A stretch of 64,000 nt of DNA from Vicugna vicugna (lineage: Eukaryota). The stretch is taken from assembly GCA_013265495.1 (NCBI GenBank), contig MU057700.1, positions 651,502 through 715,501 on the forward strand, read 5' to 3'. Of the stretch, positions 38,611 to 50,400 are shown in pieces; within the stretch, counting starts at the first letter, position 1; each line of letters starts with the position of its first letter. The position numbers and the translations under genes were made by a program. Below the pieces are notes generated by a model that was given only the letters and a program-made list of their open reading frames with translations, did not search any database and had not been told where the DNA came from.

Positions 38611-39596
38611 CTACTACAGAAGAATTAAGAACAGACTAGTATTCACTTCCACAGACTATTTCTCTTAGAAAATTAAATATATATGTTTTAAGGGGTGATC
38701 TGGTTTGAGACCTTGCTGACTTTTACAGGATTAATCACTCATTACTGCTAATGACTATACTTCCTATAATTTGTAGAATTGAAATATATGTTCAAAGTGA
38801 TGTGTTCAATCCCTAGGATCTCTTCATTCTCCACGAGTGGTGCTGGACATGATAGCAAAATATTTTCAAAATAAAAATTGCATTTTAAGCCTCAATTTTA
38901 GAAAAAAGATTTTAAGTAGGCAAATTGACATTATACTTGCTGTGAACATTTTCTGAATGAATAATATTAAATGATATCAAAAATCTATATATGTTTAGAA
39001 AGTATTTTATAATTCTCTGCATGTATTTTACTCAAAGGTAAATACATGTTTATGAGATCTGACCTGATGTGAGAATTACCTTGAAAACATCCTACAGAAT
39101 CAGTAAGTCAACTCTAAAAAATTTTATGACATATTTAGCTAATTTCCCATTGATGCCATTGGTTTATTTTCTCATGCTCTGATCTGAATCTCTTAGGTAT
39201 ACTTAACCTTTACTAAGGGAAATATTTTAAAAAGGTGAGAGATGGAAAGAGCAATGTTTGAGTGAGTCACTCTGATGCATAGTGGGAGCAGTTGTATAAA
39301 TGGTGTTTTGTGTAAAATCTGTTTAAACTCTTTTCATTGTTGCCACACAAATCCATCATCATGAATATTTTAAAAAGCTTTTTAATGAAAGAAATGTTTC
39401 CTTCCCTCTTTTTTCCTTCTGTGAATTAATCAGTTCCTTTAACATATGTCTGCAGCATTTTCCATCCATGGATAAACATTTTGAGAATTGCAACATGTAT
39501 CAAACCATGGAAATGAAATTCATAATCTTAATTTTCCCATTTACTTGATAACTATATAAAAATAAATTTTAACAACTAAGTGATGTGTAGACTTAC

Positions 39597-39684
39597 ATAT
39601 AATTTGTTAAATAAATTGCCCTCCTTCTAGATAAGTTGGAAGTATAATCCCAATGAATTGTATTTTTCCAAAGAAAGTCATTTC
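39597..39684 (-). CDS. Putative coding exon B of the same gene
   Basis: Acceptor TTCTTTTCATTATCAATGTAG|, donor |GTAAGT, 88 nt open in the frame set by exon A (GNDFLWKNTIHWDYTSNLSRRRAIYLTNY); 142-nt intron. Confidence 0.5.
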
Positions 39685-39826
39685 CTACATTGATAATGAA
39701 AAGAAATACTCTAGTTTCATATTTGTGTAAAAGGAAAAACAACTATTTTTGGTTTCCCAGCTCAAGGATATATAAGTAAACCTAAAAAGATGAACCATTT
39801 TATCATGCTTATACTTTTATCATTAC

Positions 39827-39933
39827 CTTCTTTTTTGGGAAAACTAAGCCTCCTGAAAAAAAGTTTGTCTTTAAGGTAGTTGTGTTTATTAGTTCTTGTT
39901 GCAATTAAAACTTTTCCTTCTATGACATATTGC
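39827..39933 (-). CDS. Putative coding exon A of an unidentified minus-strand gene
   Basis: Acceptor TTTATTTTTTCCCTTCAG|, donor AAG|GTAATG, 107 nt open (QYVIEGKVLIATRTNKHNYLKDKLFFRRLSFPKKE-G), phase-compatible with exon B. Confidence 0.5.
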
Positions 39934-40329
39934 CTGAAGGGAAAAAATAAACTACTCAAGACAGGCATATGGTCTTCACCAGGTTAAGCACTCCATCTAT
40001 GTAGTCTCTGTTATATCCTAAGCACCTAGTACTGTGTACAATATGGAGTGAATGTTCAAGTCACAGTTTCATAGTCATATAAAAATAAGTTACGATTAAT
40101 GAAGCATAGTCTTTCCTATTGAACTTATTCATTTTAGTATGTTCTAAGACCCAGTTCTTACAAAACAAATATTACACTTAAAAATTATGAGTCCATGGAA
40201 AGGGCTTAGCTTCAGGGAAGGTCAGAAACAGGTTCTTATGCTATATTTACCATTTATTAATTGTGATTCATTGGGCAAGTTACATTGCTTTTTAAACTTT
40301 TGTCAAAATAACTTTAAGTAGATAATAAC

Positions 40330-40850
40330 TGTTAATTTCCCATTGGTGCTATAACCAATTATCACAAATGTAGTAGATAAAGACACAAATTTATTATCTT
40401 ACAAGGTGGAGGACAGAGGTCAACATCAAAGTGTCAGCAGGGTTCCTTCTAGAAACTGTAGGGGAGAATTCATTTCCTTGCCTTTCCAACTACTAGAGGC
40501 CTCCTGCATTCCTTAGTGTATGGCTTCTTCTTCCAGGAAAGCATTTTCAAATCTCTGTCTCTCTCTTTCTTCTTTCTCTTCCTCTCCCACTCTCTCTCCT
40601 TCCCCTTTCCTTCTTCCTCTGTCTCTGCTCCTGTTACCCCATCTCTTTGTCTGACTCTGACTCTTACCCTCCCCCTCATAAATAACCTTGTGATTACACT
40701 TGTGCCACCTGGATAATCTTCTCATCACAAGATTCTCAACTTAATTACATCTGCAAAGTCACTTTTGCCATGTAGTGTAATATAATGGCAGCTTCTAGGA
40801 ATAGGATGTAGCTGGCTATCTTTGGAGGGGATGCTATTCAGCCTACAAGA
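40330..40850 (-). mobile_element. MaLR LTR (MLT1D-like) with an internal CT-rich tract
   Basis: CAAATTTATTATCTTACA...ATCAAAGTGTCAGCAGGG...TTAATTACATCTGCAAAGTCACTTTTGCCATGTA...CTATTCAGCCTAC. Confidence 0.85.
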
Positions 40851-41937
40851 ATTACATCTTAAAAGGTTTCTAAGAGGGTTAAAAGAGTTTGAATATAGGA
40901 ATGTTTGGTATAATCGACAGACCTTATGTGATACATTTTGCATGTATCTATATCTCTACATATACATTTTATATCTGTTCATTAAATTTTCCTCTATCCA
41001 ACAAATAAAGTAATACTTTAATATTTTAATATATTGTATGATATTTTCAAATTGTTTATTTATGAGTGTAGTTATTCATATGAATTCAATATTAATTTAC
41101 AGAAAACTTTTGGAAGTTGATTTCTGGAAGGCTGATATATTAATGTTTTCAAATAAAACAATAAAATGCTGATATAGGCTTAGGGACATAATAGGAAAAC
41201 TTACTGAGATCACTAGAATATAATATCTTGGAAGAATGTCTAATTTTACACAATAATGGATAGTGCCTAAATGTTGCCCCTAAGCCTGTTCATCCAGAAA
41301 TTGCAGTCTTACAGTATTTGTTAACCTTTCACCATGTTTTCTTTCCCCTTTGGAAAAGAATAAAATAACTGAATACAACATTCTCTTCTTCACCATGACG
41401 ATTTTCACATCTGTCATTTTTTTTTATAATAAAACAAGTTAACTCCTTAATGTCTGCTTCTTAAATAAATGTGTGTACTCTGGTTAATAATTTTGTTTAG
41501 CTAGTTATACTTGTGATTTTATATTCCATGCCATAAGCTCCTACTGATCTCTACAAACTTTTCAACAAGTCACATTATTGTATCTAGAAAAGCAGTGGAA
41601 CAAATTACAATTTTATTTAGTATTTAATACATATGTTCAGCAGTGTGAGAGCCTGAGAATGTCCTATTGAAGTTAACATGGAGGAAATCTTAGTGTCACA
41701 CTTAAAAACAAGGGCTGCAATGCCTGTTTTGCTTCTAAGTAAACTTCCTCTCCATATACCTGCCATGAAATCTAAATTCACAGAATACACTTATGAGATT
41801 TATTTTATATTATAGTTCACTGAGCTTTCTACAGTCTATGAATTGAACTGTAAAACATCAATTGATTTGATACGGTGAGCCAAATCATAGCTGATACAGT
41901 ACAATGGTGAATATTTAGAATGACAGAATCAACTGCT

Positions 41938-41939
<2 letters not shown>

Positions 41940-41979
<40 letters not shown>
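41940..41979 (+). repeat. (CA)n microsatellite, about 19-20 units
   Basis: Perfect AC run. Confidence 0.95.
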
Positions 41980-41982
<3 letters not shown>

Positions 41983-42332
41983 TTAACTTGACATCAGTCA
42001 GGTAACAGAAGAGATATTGTAATTCAATAGCTAATGGTACCTTATGTAAAATACAAAATATACACAGATATTTTATATTCAAATAAACTTTGTACATTAG
42101 TAAACAGATGTCTATTACCAATAGAATTATATGAATATGAGCTCAAGGAAGTGACAGGAAATATCATTTAGATAGCTATAAATTGAAGAATACACCTCAG
42201 TGCAAATTTATAAGAAATACCTGGAATGAAGACAATTATATTTTATTATGTACATAAATATATGTGATTCTTATTAATATCGTATGCTACATACTGGCAT
42301 TTTCATGAAAATCCATATAATAATGGCTTTTT

Positions 42333-42493
42333 TAAACATTTTTTGTTGTTATAGTTATTTTACAATGTTGTGTCAAATTCCAGTGTAGAGCACAATTTTT
42401 CAATTATACATGAACACACATATATTCATTGTCACATTTTTTTTCGCTGTGAGCTACCACAAGATCTTGTAGATATTTCGCTGTGCTTTACAG
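42333..42493 (-). mobile_element. Very short 5'-truncated young L1 3' tail
   Basis: Matches the 3' end of the L1 at 30480-30640; TSD TATAATAATGGCTTTTT on both sides (~42316 and ~42494). Confidence 0.88.
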
Positions 42494-42829
42494 TATAATA
42501 ATGGCTTTTTAAAAGAAAATAAATTCAATAGTCATTCTTCTCTTGTGTAGAAATTTGAGACAACTATGCTCAATCTGATAATGCCATATTTTTCTTACTA
42601 AAATTACTTTAATGCTTATGTCTTCATAATCATTGAATCTCAAAAAGAAAAATAAAATGGTAAATAGCTAAATATCCACTGGTAGTTAAGTGAAAGAAAA
42701 TAAAAGAAGATCCCACATTGATGTGAGTAGACAGACTAGTCACACTATGAAATAAAGATTTAGCAAAGTGAAACTTATCTAGAAATTTATTATTTTTTCT
42801 TTAATTGTATTTTCTTAAGGACCATGACC

Positions 42830-43750
42830 AAAATGCCGACACGATACCTCTGAGAGCGGGAGTCAAACGCAGACAGGCTCAGGGAACACACGCAGCACGG
42901 AGAGGGGAAAAAAGGCCGCAAAGACGGAAAGCGGAGGTTCGGCGGGAACGTGGGAGGGGGGAGGAGTCAGTTCAAACCAGTCTTGTGCAACTGTCGGACG
43001 CCTCCAGCCACGTGAAAGTACTGCTTTCATTTTTAAATGAGCCACTTCTCCGACCGCCGCTCGTTGCCCTCACCCTACGCCTGGCAGGGGCGCTCGGGTT
43101 CTGCTCCCCCTGAAGTCCGCGTGAGGCTCTCCTTCCCTTCCTCGTTTCGGGCCCTGCCTCCCCAAACCCCAAATCTCAGCTCCCGGTCCAGTCTCGGATT
43201 GTAAGGCCCTTCACCTCAAGCCCACCTCCCCGAAGTCCAAATCTCAATTCCGCGGTCTCCGGGTGTGCGGCCCGTGACCTTAGACCCCACCTCCCCCGAC
43301 CCTAAATCTCAAGCCCCGCAAACCCTACCCCTCAGTGAACCCAGTCCCGTGTTGGACCCCAGGTGTGTGGCACTTCACCCCAGACCGCACTTCCCTGACC
43401 TCCCCACCCCCTACTCAAATCTCAGCCCCTCGGTCCCCGGTCGGTCTCCGTGTGTGCGGCCCTTGACCTCAGACCTCTCTTCTCCCTACCCCAAATCTCA
43501 GCTCCTCAGTCCTCACCCCCAGGGGCCGCAGTCCCCAGTTGGTTAGCGGGTGCGGGACTCGGGACACGCTGCCCGTCCCACCCCTCACCTCGGGCTTCGA
43601 GTCTGCACACTCCCGCTCTTATTCACATCTGGCACCTCTGTCACAGAAACAGCAGCCTGAGGAGCCCACGCCCCCGCCCCGCTTCTGGCTCCCGGCATGA
43701 CTGAGGGCTTGTTCCTCTTCAGAACCCCACCTTTCTCTCCAGGAAGACGC
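42830..43750. promoter_or_regulatory. CpG island / probable bidirectional promoter
   Basis: Abrupt GC/CpG-rich island in AT-rich DNA; E-box CACGTG 43009-43014; minus-strand donor GAG|GTATCG (GT 42847-42846). Confidence 0.7.
43165..43530 (+). repeat. Degenerate tandem repeat (5 units of ~65-113 bp)
   Basis: AAATCTCA at 43171, 43239, 43304, 43417, 43493; the first four are followed by variants of GTGTGCGGCCC.TGACCT.AGACCCCACCTCCCC. Confidence 0.75.
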
Positions 43751-43799
43751 GGAGCAGTCTCACTTCCAAAAATTTATTTATTTATTTAATTCTATTAAA

Positions 43800-44112
43800 A
43801 AATTTTTTTTATTATTGAAGTATAGTCAGTTACACTGTGTCAATTTCTGGTGTACGGCATAATGTTTCAGTCATACATATACATATATATTCGTTTTCAT
43901 ATTCTTTTTCATTGTAGGTTACTACAAGATACTGAATATAGTTCCCTGGACTATACAGAAGAAAATGGTCTTTTATCTATTTTATATATAGTAGTTAATA
44001 TTTGTAAATCTTGAACTCCCAATTTATCCCTTCCCACCCTCTTTCCCCTGGTAACCATAAGTTTGTTGACTATATCTGTGAATCTATTTCTGTTTGTAGT
44101 TGAGTTCATTAG
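43800..44112 (-). mobile_element. Artiodactyl L1 3' tail
   Basis: TATTGAAGTATAGTCAGTTACA...TTGAACTCCCAATTTATCCCTTCCCACC. Confidence 0.85.
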
Positions 44113-44479
44113 TGCAGGAGCACAATTCTTAATGCATACTGAAGTCTGAAGCCTGAAGCAAAGTAAAAGCAATCTTAATTATCTCTGAACATTTCTGAAA
44201 CCAGGGGTAGAAAATTATGGAGTATGCAGATAATAAGCAATTGAAAAGCAATCAGCTTATTAAATGGACTTATCAGTACTCTGTTCTGTAGTATAACTAA
44301 AAACTTAAGAGTTTGAAAAACATTCTCTTTTTAGTAATCTCTTTATTTGTGTGTGTCTCTTGCATATGCACAACCCAATTTTAAACACTTCTCGGTTTAT
44401 ACACATCTTGAGGGCTCTTGTGCTTTATATTTTCCTTTAAAATTTTATAGTCTGAGTTATTTTATTTTATTTTTTTTGA

Positions 44480-44945
44480 TTTTGAAACTACTTCATGGTG
44501 GTAAGATACATGTAATACTTACCATTTTCCCCAGGTTTAAGTTTACAGTTCAGCAGCATTTACGTATACATCACCACTATCCATCTCTATAACTTATTTT
44601 TAATCATAAAATACACATAACGTAAAATTTGCCATCTACCATTTTCAAGTGTACAGTTTAGAAATGTTAACTAATTCACATTGTTGTACAGCCAATCTCC
44701 AGAATTCTTTTCATCTTGCAAAACTGAAACTCTATGCTCATTTAAAAACTCCTCATTTTCTCTTCCTTCCAAAACCTAACAACCACCATTCTACTTAGTT
44801 TCCATAAATTTGCTTATTGTAGATAACTCACATAAGTGGAAGGATAAAGTATTTGTCTTTGTGTGTCTGGCTAATTTCACTTGGCATAATGCCCTCAAGA
44901 TTCTTCCCTATTGTAGTATGTCTGAGAATTTCCTCCCTTGTTGAG
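44480..44945 (-). mobile_element. L1MA/MB 3' end fragments
   Basis: AAAATACACATAACGTAAAATTTGCCATC...TCATCTTGCAAAACTGAAACTCT. Confidence 0.75.
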
Positions 44946-45503
44946 GTGTATCTGGATGGGGCTTTTTCTGTAGACCTATGTCATTGGAAATGTCTCATAG
45001 AATAACTGTGTGCTTTCCTTTACTCACAGAACTGCATGTTAGATCTGTGGGAAAGAACTACAAGACAGAGATGCTAAATAAACTGTGAAAAACTTAACAG
45101 TCAAATTTTTTATCTTAGATATTGGCATATCCCAACCATCAATACTGTTTTAGGGTGTGATACGCTTAGGAGTAATATGATTTGAACTTAATGCATGTTT
45201 AGAGGGTGTCTAAAATTCAGAACCAGGCAGATCCATCTTCTTTGACCTCAAATATGTAATAATCCTAAAGTAAATTGCTTGATGAAATTGGATCCCAAAG
45301 ATTACATGTGAGGAGTTTTTGAAGTGTGTCCATGTTCCACTGGAGATAAAGAAACTCAGCTAAAAGAATTATGGACTTACTGACATGACAACGGTTGATT
45401 GAGCAAAAATTCTTATTGAAAGGACTATCTTGAAGATTACAATTCAAACATTGAGGAACTAAGGTGATGGGCAGTGGAAAGAATCAGAACATATGAAATT
45501 CTT

Positions 45504-45641
45504 TTTTTTAAATTTTATTTATTTAATTTTTTGGTGGGAGGAGGTAATTATTGATTGATATTTAATAGCGGTACTGGGGATTGAACCCTGGATCTCATGC
45601 ATGCTAGGCGCACACTCTACCATTGAGCTATACCCTCCCCC
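45504..45641 (-). mobile_element. tRNA-derived SINE (Vic-1-like)
   Basis: Reverse complement of GGGGGAGGGTATAGCTCAATGGTAGAG...GGTTCAATCCCCAGTAC; TSD AGAACAT(A/G)TGAAATTCTT at 45486-45503 and 45643-45660. Confidence 0.9.
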
Positions 45642-45744
45642 TAGAACATGTGAAATTCTTAAACAATTTATTGACTTAAGTAATTTTGCCTATGTTACAC
45701 AATTAAAAAAAAAAACCTTTACACTTTTTTGTAGAAAGAAAAGA

Positions 45745-46885
45745 ATTTTCTCACTTTTTAAGACTGAATATTTCATTTGTTTGTATGGTCCACGTTTTGT
45801 TTATCCATTGATGGATACGTGGGTTGCTTCCACCTTTTGGCTATTGTAAATAATAGCCGCTAAAAACAGTAGTGGGCAAATTGAGTCCCTGCTTTCAGTT
45901 CTTTTGAGTATATACCCAGAAGTGGATTTCTGGATCATATGGTAATTCTTTTAATTTTTTGAGGAAACACTGCACACTGTTTTCCACAGTGGCTGCACTA
46001 TATTACATTCCCACCATCAACACACAAGTGTTCTTATTTCTCCACATCCTCATCAACACTTTCTGTTTTTTTGATGATAGCCATCCTAATGGGTGTGAAG
46101 TAGTACCTCATTGTGGTTTTAATTGGCTTTTCTGCAATGATTAGTGATTAAATTATTTTAAACTTACAGGAAAGTTGAAAAGATACTGTGGCTTCATGTA
46201 TATCCTTCCAACCTCCCCTAATGTCAAAAACTTACAGAGCCATAGAAACCAGGAAATTAACATTGATATGATACATTAAACAGCTAACTTTATTCACATT
46301 CCACCAGTTCCCCTGCTAATTCCTTTTTTCTGATTTGGATTCAGTTCAGGATCCCACGCTGTATTTGCTTGTGTCACCTCCCAATTTGTGACACTTCTCC
46401 GGTCTTGTTTTTCATGACCTTGACACTTTGGTAAGAGCTGGTCAGTTATATTTAAGAATGTTTCTCACGTATTTGTCTAGTATTTTCTCATAATTAGATT
46501 AGGATTATGCATTTTTTGCCAGGAATACCATGGAAGAAACATTTCTTTCTCAGTGCATCATTGATGTCTCTGTGGCTTTTACTGGTGGTATTAATTTTGG
46601 CCACTTGGTTAAGGTGGTTTCTTTTGGTTTTCCCCATGATAAGGTTACTATTTTCCTCTTGTAAGTGATACTCTTCTTGTGTGGAGACACTTTGAGATTA
46701 TGTATATAGTGTCTATGTTTGCCCACTGATTTTACTTAGTATCCATTGGTGGATCTTGTTTACAACAATTATTTCCATGGTGTTTGCCAGTGGTGATTTT
46801 GCATTCTTCAACATTCTTTCTACAATTATTAATTGAAATTGTTTTGTAAGAAAAAATTGTCCCTTCTCTTATATTTATTCTTAAT
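45745..46885 (-). mobile_element. Old L1 fragments (ORF2 end and L1MC-like 3'UTR)
   Basis: GGGTTGCTTCCACCTTTTGGCTATTGT...ACATTCCCACCATCAA; GAAACCAGGAAATTAACATTGATA. Confidence 0.75.
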
Positions 46886-47271
46886 TAGATATGTTCTTGC
46901 TCTCTTCACTGAATGATGAGTAAGAGATATTATTCAAGTATGATAGTCAGTTATGACCTTGATCTATATAGGACTGTCCAGACCCTAGAGAGAGTTTGAC
47001 AAGGGTGGATGATACTCATGATGGGTCTTTAGTCTCACACCTGTGAAGAGTATGCATTTCACATTGAAAATCTGTCCAACAAATCTCTTGAAATCCAGTG
47101 GTCCACTACGTCTCCACTTTCGATATGGAAAAGCCATGATCACAAGGTGCACAAAGGACAAACTGCCTACTTTCAACAGATGTTCAAGGCCAGCAGGAAA
47201 GTTACAAAAGTAGGGAAACCCTGAAATGGGAAAAGCCTGGATACAATTGATTTTTAAAAGTCAGTTTGTCA

Positions 47272-47397
47272 GGGAGGAGGGTATAGCTCAGTGGTAGAGT
47301 GTACTTAGCTAGAACGAGGTCCTGGGTTCAAACCCCAGTACCACTACTAAAAAGTAAAATTGATTAATTAGCTAACCTAATTACCTCCCCCACCCCA
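47272..47397 (+). mobile_element. tRNA-derived SINE (Vic-1-like)
   Basis: GGAGGGTATAGCTCAGTGGTAGAG...GGGTTCAAACCCCAGTAC...ACCTAATTACCTCCCC. Confidence 0.88.
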
Positions 47398-47454
47398 TAA
47401 AAGGTTGTGAAGTTGTAAATGGGTCTTTGCCAAGTGCAGATCTGATCTTTGATC

Positions 47455-48770
47455 ATTTCTTGTTCTTTGAAAATTTTAGTCTCACTGGCTCACTCTCTCC
47501 AACCTGCCCATATCAAAACTGGTCATTTCCATAACTGCATAGATGATGAGTCTAACAAACTGGTTGCTCATCCCTTGACTCCTCCCCTCCAGTGACCTTA
47601 TTTGCCACCTTGTCGTGATCCTGTCAAGGCCTTGTCGTTTCCAGCTGCCCCTCACCCAGTGATGTCCCCGTTCCCTACTTACCCAGCTTAACGTTGACGC
47701 TCAGTCATTATTAATCCCTCCATTCTTGCTTTATCAATCCCCAAACTCAGCGAATGTTGCCTGTTATACTCCAACACCCACGCAGCTGGACTTGGGTGAA
47801 AACACTGTCATTCTGATCACTTCAAATTCATGACCACCAACCAACATGGTTTCTTCACATGTTCAGCAGTGACTGTAGTCTAGTTGCTCTTCCCTTCTTC
47901 CATAAGATGATTTTATGCTTATTTCACACATCATTTATTTGAGCATTCAGTATGTTCTTCCCTCCCGTCAGCAAGGAGACCATCCCTACGATGTGAAAGG
48001 GATGGTCTTAGTCTACTCCTGTTTTCTAAGCCTAAGGATTAGTAGTGCTCATTTTCATTCTCAAAAGTGTTCATGTTTGGATGCTAAGATGATAATCACC
48101 CTACTCATACCAGATAACCAGATGTTTAGGGAAGGAATTAACGCTTGGGCCTTTTCTCTTTTCTATCTCACTGTTCACTTATGTCATTTTCAAAAATCAT
48201 AAGACATTAAATAGCACCTATATCCCTAAATTTCAAAGTCAGGTCTCTAATCTAGACCTCTACCCTGATATCTGGAACCCAAATATCCAACTATTTGCAC
48301 AGCCTCGCATGTTGGTTAAATAGACATCTTAAAATCACTGTGGCCAACTCAAGACTCCTAATCTTCCCCTATCAACCTGTTTCTCTTGAACTTTCCCCAT
48401 GACGGTCACAATTCCATCCGCCAAAAGTCATAAAGTCTCTTTTGGGGTGGGGGAGGTAATTAGGTTTATTTATTTATTTATATTTAGAGGAAATGCTGGG
48501 GGTTGAACCCAGGACCTCATGCTTGCTAAGCATGCACTCTACCACTTGAGCTGTACCCTCCCCATAAAGTCATCTTTTGACTCCTCTCTTTCTCTTACAC
48601 CTCTCATGCACTGCTAAAAAATCCTATCAAGATTTATCAAGATCTTGACCACTTCACTCTATCTCCACTAATATGACCCCAGCCACCACTGTTATTTTGT
48701 ACATGAATTATTGCGATGGCCTCCTAACTGAACTTCCTGCTTCAAAACTTGATCTTCTCCACTCATATGA
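47455..48770 (+). mobile_element. L2 fragments with a nested hAT-Blackjack (MER94-like, ~47975-48102) and a SINE
   Basis: L2 motifs (CCAAATATCCAACT..., GTCATCTTTTGACTCCTCTCTTTCTC, TTATTGCGATGGCCTCCTAACTG); CAAAAGTGTTCATGTTTGGATG...AATCACCCT resembles the MER94 end. Confidence 0.55.
48444..48563 (-). mobile_element. tRNA-derived SINE (Vic-1-like)
   Basis: GGGGAGGTAATTAGGTTTATTTATT...TTGAACCCAGGACCTC...CTACCACTTGAGCTGTACCCTCCCC; flanked by a CATAAAGTC duplication. Confidence 0.9.
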
Positions 48771-49239
48771 AAGGCTAGGCATCTGGATAGTGTCTCAAAT
48801 AAATAGATCATCAATAGAGGCAGGTTATAGTTGATTAGGGAACAAAGCCTCCCATTTTATATAATCTGCTTAAATATATATTGGGGGACCTTAGAGTCTC
48901 AAATAACAGAAAACATGGGCTTCTGTACTGTGTCAGGCAGTAATATTCATGTTTACTGGTCAGCTATTCAGCCCAAGCATGTGGTCCCCTAGCAGACCTC
49001 TAAGAGCAGAAAGGAAGACAGGGAGCATGCTATCTACCATATGACTTTTGCTCCTGGTGACAGGCTGATACACATTACTCCCCTTCAGGTTTAAAAGCAG
49101 AATTCCCTAATTCAATCTATCACAAAGCTTGCAACCTTCACACTGGGAGAGAAACAAAAATGGGCAAAATGCACCAAACTGGAAGTTGAACTTACATAAA
49201 TTACACTCAGCTATGAAAATGTGTCTGAACCATTTTTAA

Positions 49240-49747
49240 AAATTTGAAGTCTAGTCAGTTTACAATGTTGTGTCAATTTTTGATGTACAGTATAATGCTT
49301 CAATCATACATGTACACACATATATTCCTTTTCATATTCTTTTTCATTATAGGTTGCTACAAGATATTGAATATCTTCAACTGAATATCTAGTTCCCTGT
49401 GCTAAACAGGTTTTATTGCAGGTATCTATTTTATATATAGTAGTTAGTATCTGCAAATCTCAAACTCCCAGTTTATGCCTTCCCACCCCTCTCTCCACTG
49501 GTAATCTTAAGTTTGTTTTCTTTGTCTGTGAGTCAGTTTTATAATAAGTTCATTTGTGTCATTTTTTTAGATTCCACATATAAATGATGTCATAAGTTAT
49601 TTTTCTTTCTCTTTCCCTGTCTGACTTCACTTAGTATGATGATCTCTAGGTCCATCCACATTGCTGCAAATGGCATTATTTCATTCTTTTTTATGGCTGA
49701 GTAGTAGTCCATTGTATAGTTATACCACAACTTCTTTATCCAGTCAT
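49240..49747 (-). mobile_element. 5'-truncated artiodactyl L1 3' end
   Basis: DWIKKLWYNYTMDYYSAIKKNEIMPFAAMWMDLE; TSD TGAACCATTTTT on both sides. Confidence 0.9.
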
Positions 49748-49944
49748 ATGAACCATTTTTTAAACTTATAAAGAGCAAAATCAGAATACAAGAGCAAAAT
49801 ATAGAATACAAAAAATAAAAGGAAAATGCAGAAAAACATCTGGAACAGAAAAACATGGCTGGGTGCAAAGACCCTCATGTACACAGGGCTGTAATTGGCA
49901 TTCTACAGAGGACACTGCCACCGTCATCTCCCGTTTAGGTGATT

Positions 49945-50400
49945 TGTCACCCTCAGTGATGCCAGCCTCTGGTATTCACATCCTTGTATAATCCCCTCCC
50001 ACACTGCAGTGGGGTCACCTGTGTGATCAACAGGATGTGGCAGAAGTGGTGACATGTCACTTCTGAGGCAAGGTTATAAAGGACCCCGGCTTCTACCTCT
50101 CTCTCTTGAATTGCTTGCCCTGAGGGAAGCCAGTTGCTGTGCTGAGAGGCCCACATGGCCAGGAACTGCGACCTCTGCCATGAGCCCTGTGAGCTGCTAT
50201 CCTCGAAGTGGAGCCTGTCCTGGCCAAGCCTTCAGATGGTTGCAGCCTGGCTGAGAGTGTAACCTCAAGCAAGAGTCTGAGATGAAACCACCCAGATAAG
50301 CTGCTCTTGACTTTCCAAAATGGTGTGAGATAATTATTATTCGATGTTTTAAGCCACTAAATTATGGGTAACTTGTTATACAACCATAGACTACTAATAA
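49945..50400 (+). mobile_element. MaLR LTR (MLT1E/F-like)
   Basis: CTGGTATTCACATCCTTGTATAATCCCCTCCC...GGAAGCCAGTTGC...TTTTAAGCCACTAAATTATGGGTAACTTGTTATAC. Confidence 0.85.

Noticed and set aside
38555..39933. Family assignment of the unknown exons (THEG repeat LSxPK, ADAM prodomain VIEGK, PTP motifs IAT/DFW/HSVK, sema LYxGAR, cNMP-binding)
   Set aside because: Each resemblance is only 4-6 residues with spacing or exon boundaries that do not fit well; no gene symbol is justified.
43165..43530. CRISPR-like reading of the repeated AAATCTCA units
   Set aside because: The intervening sequences are homologous to each other and of unequal length, the context is mammalian, and there are no cas genes.
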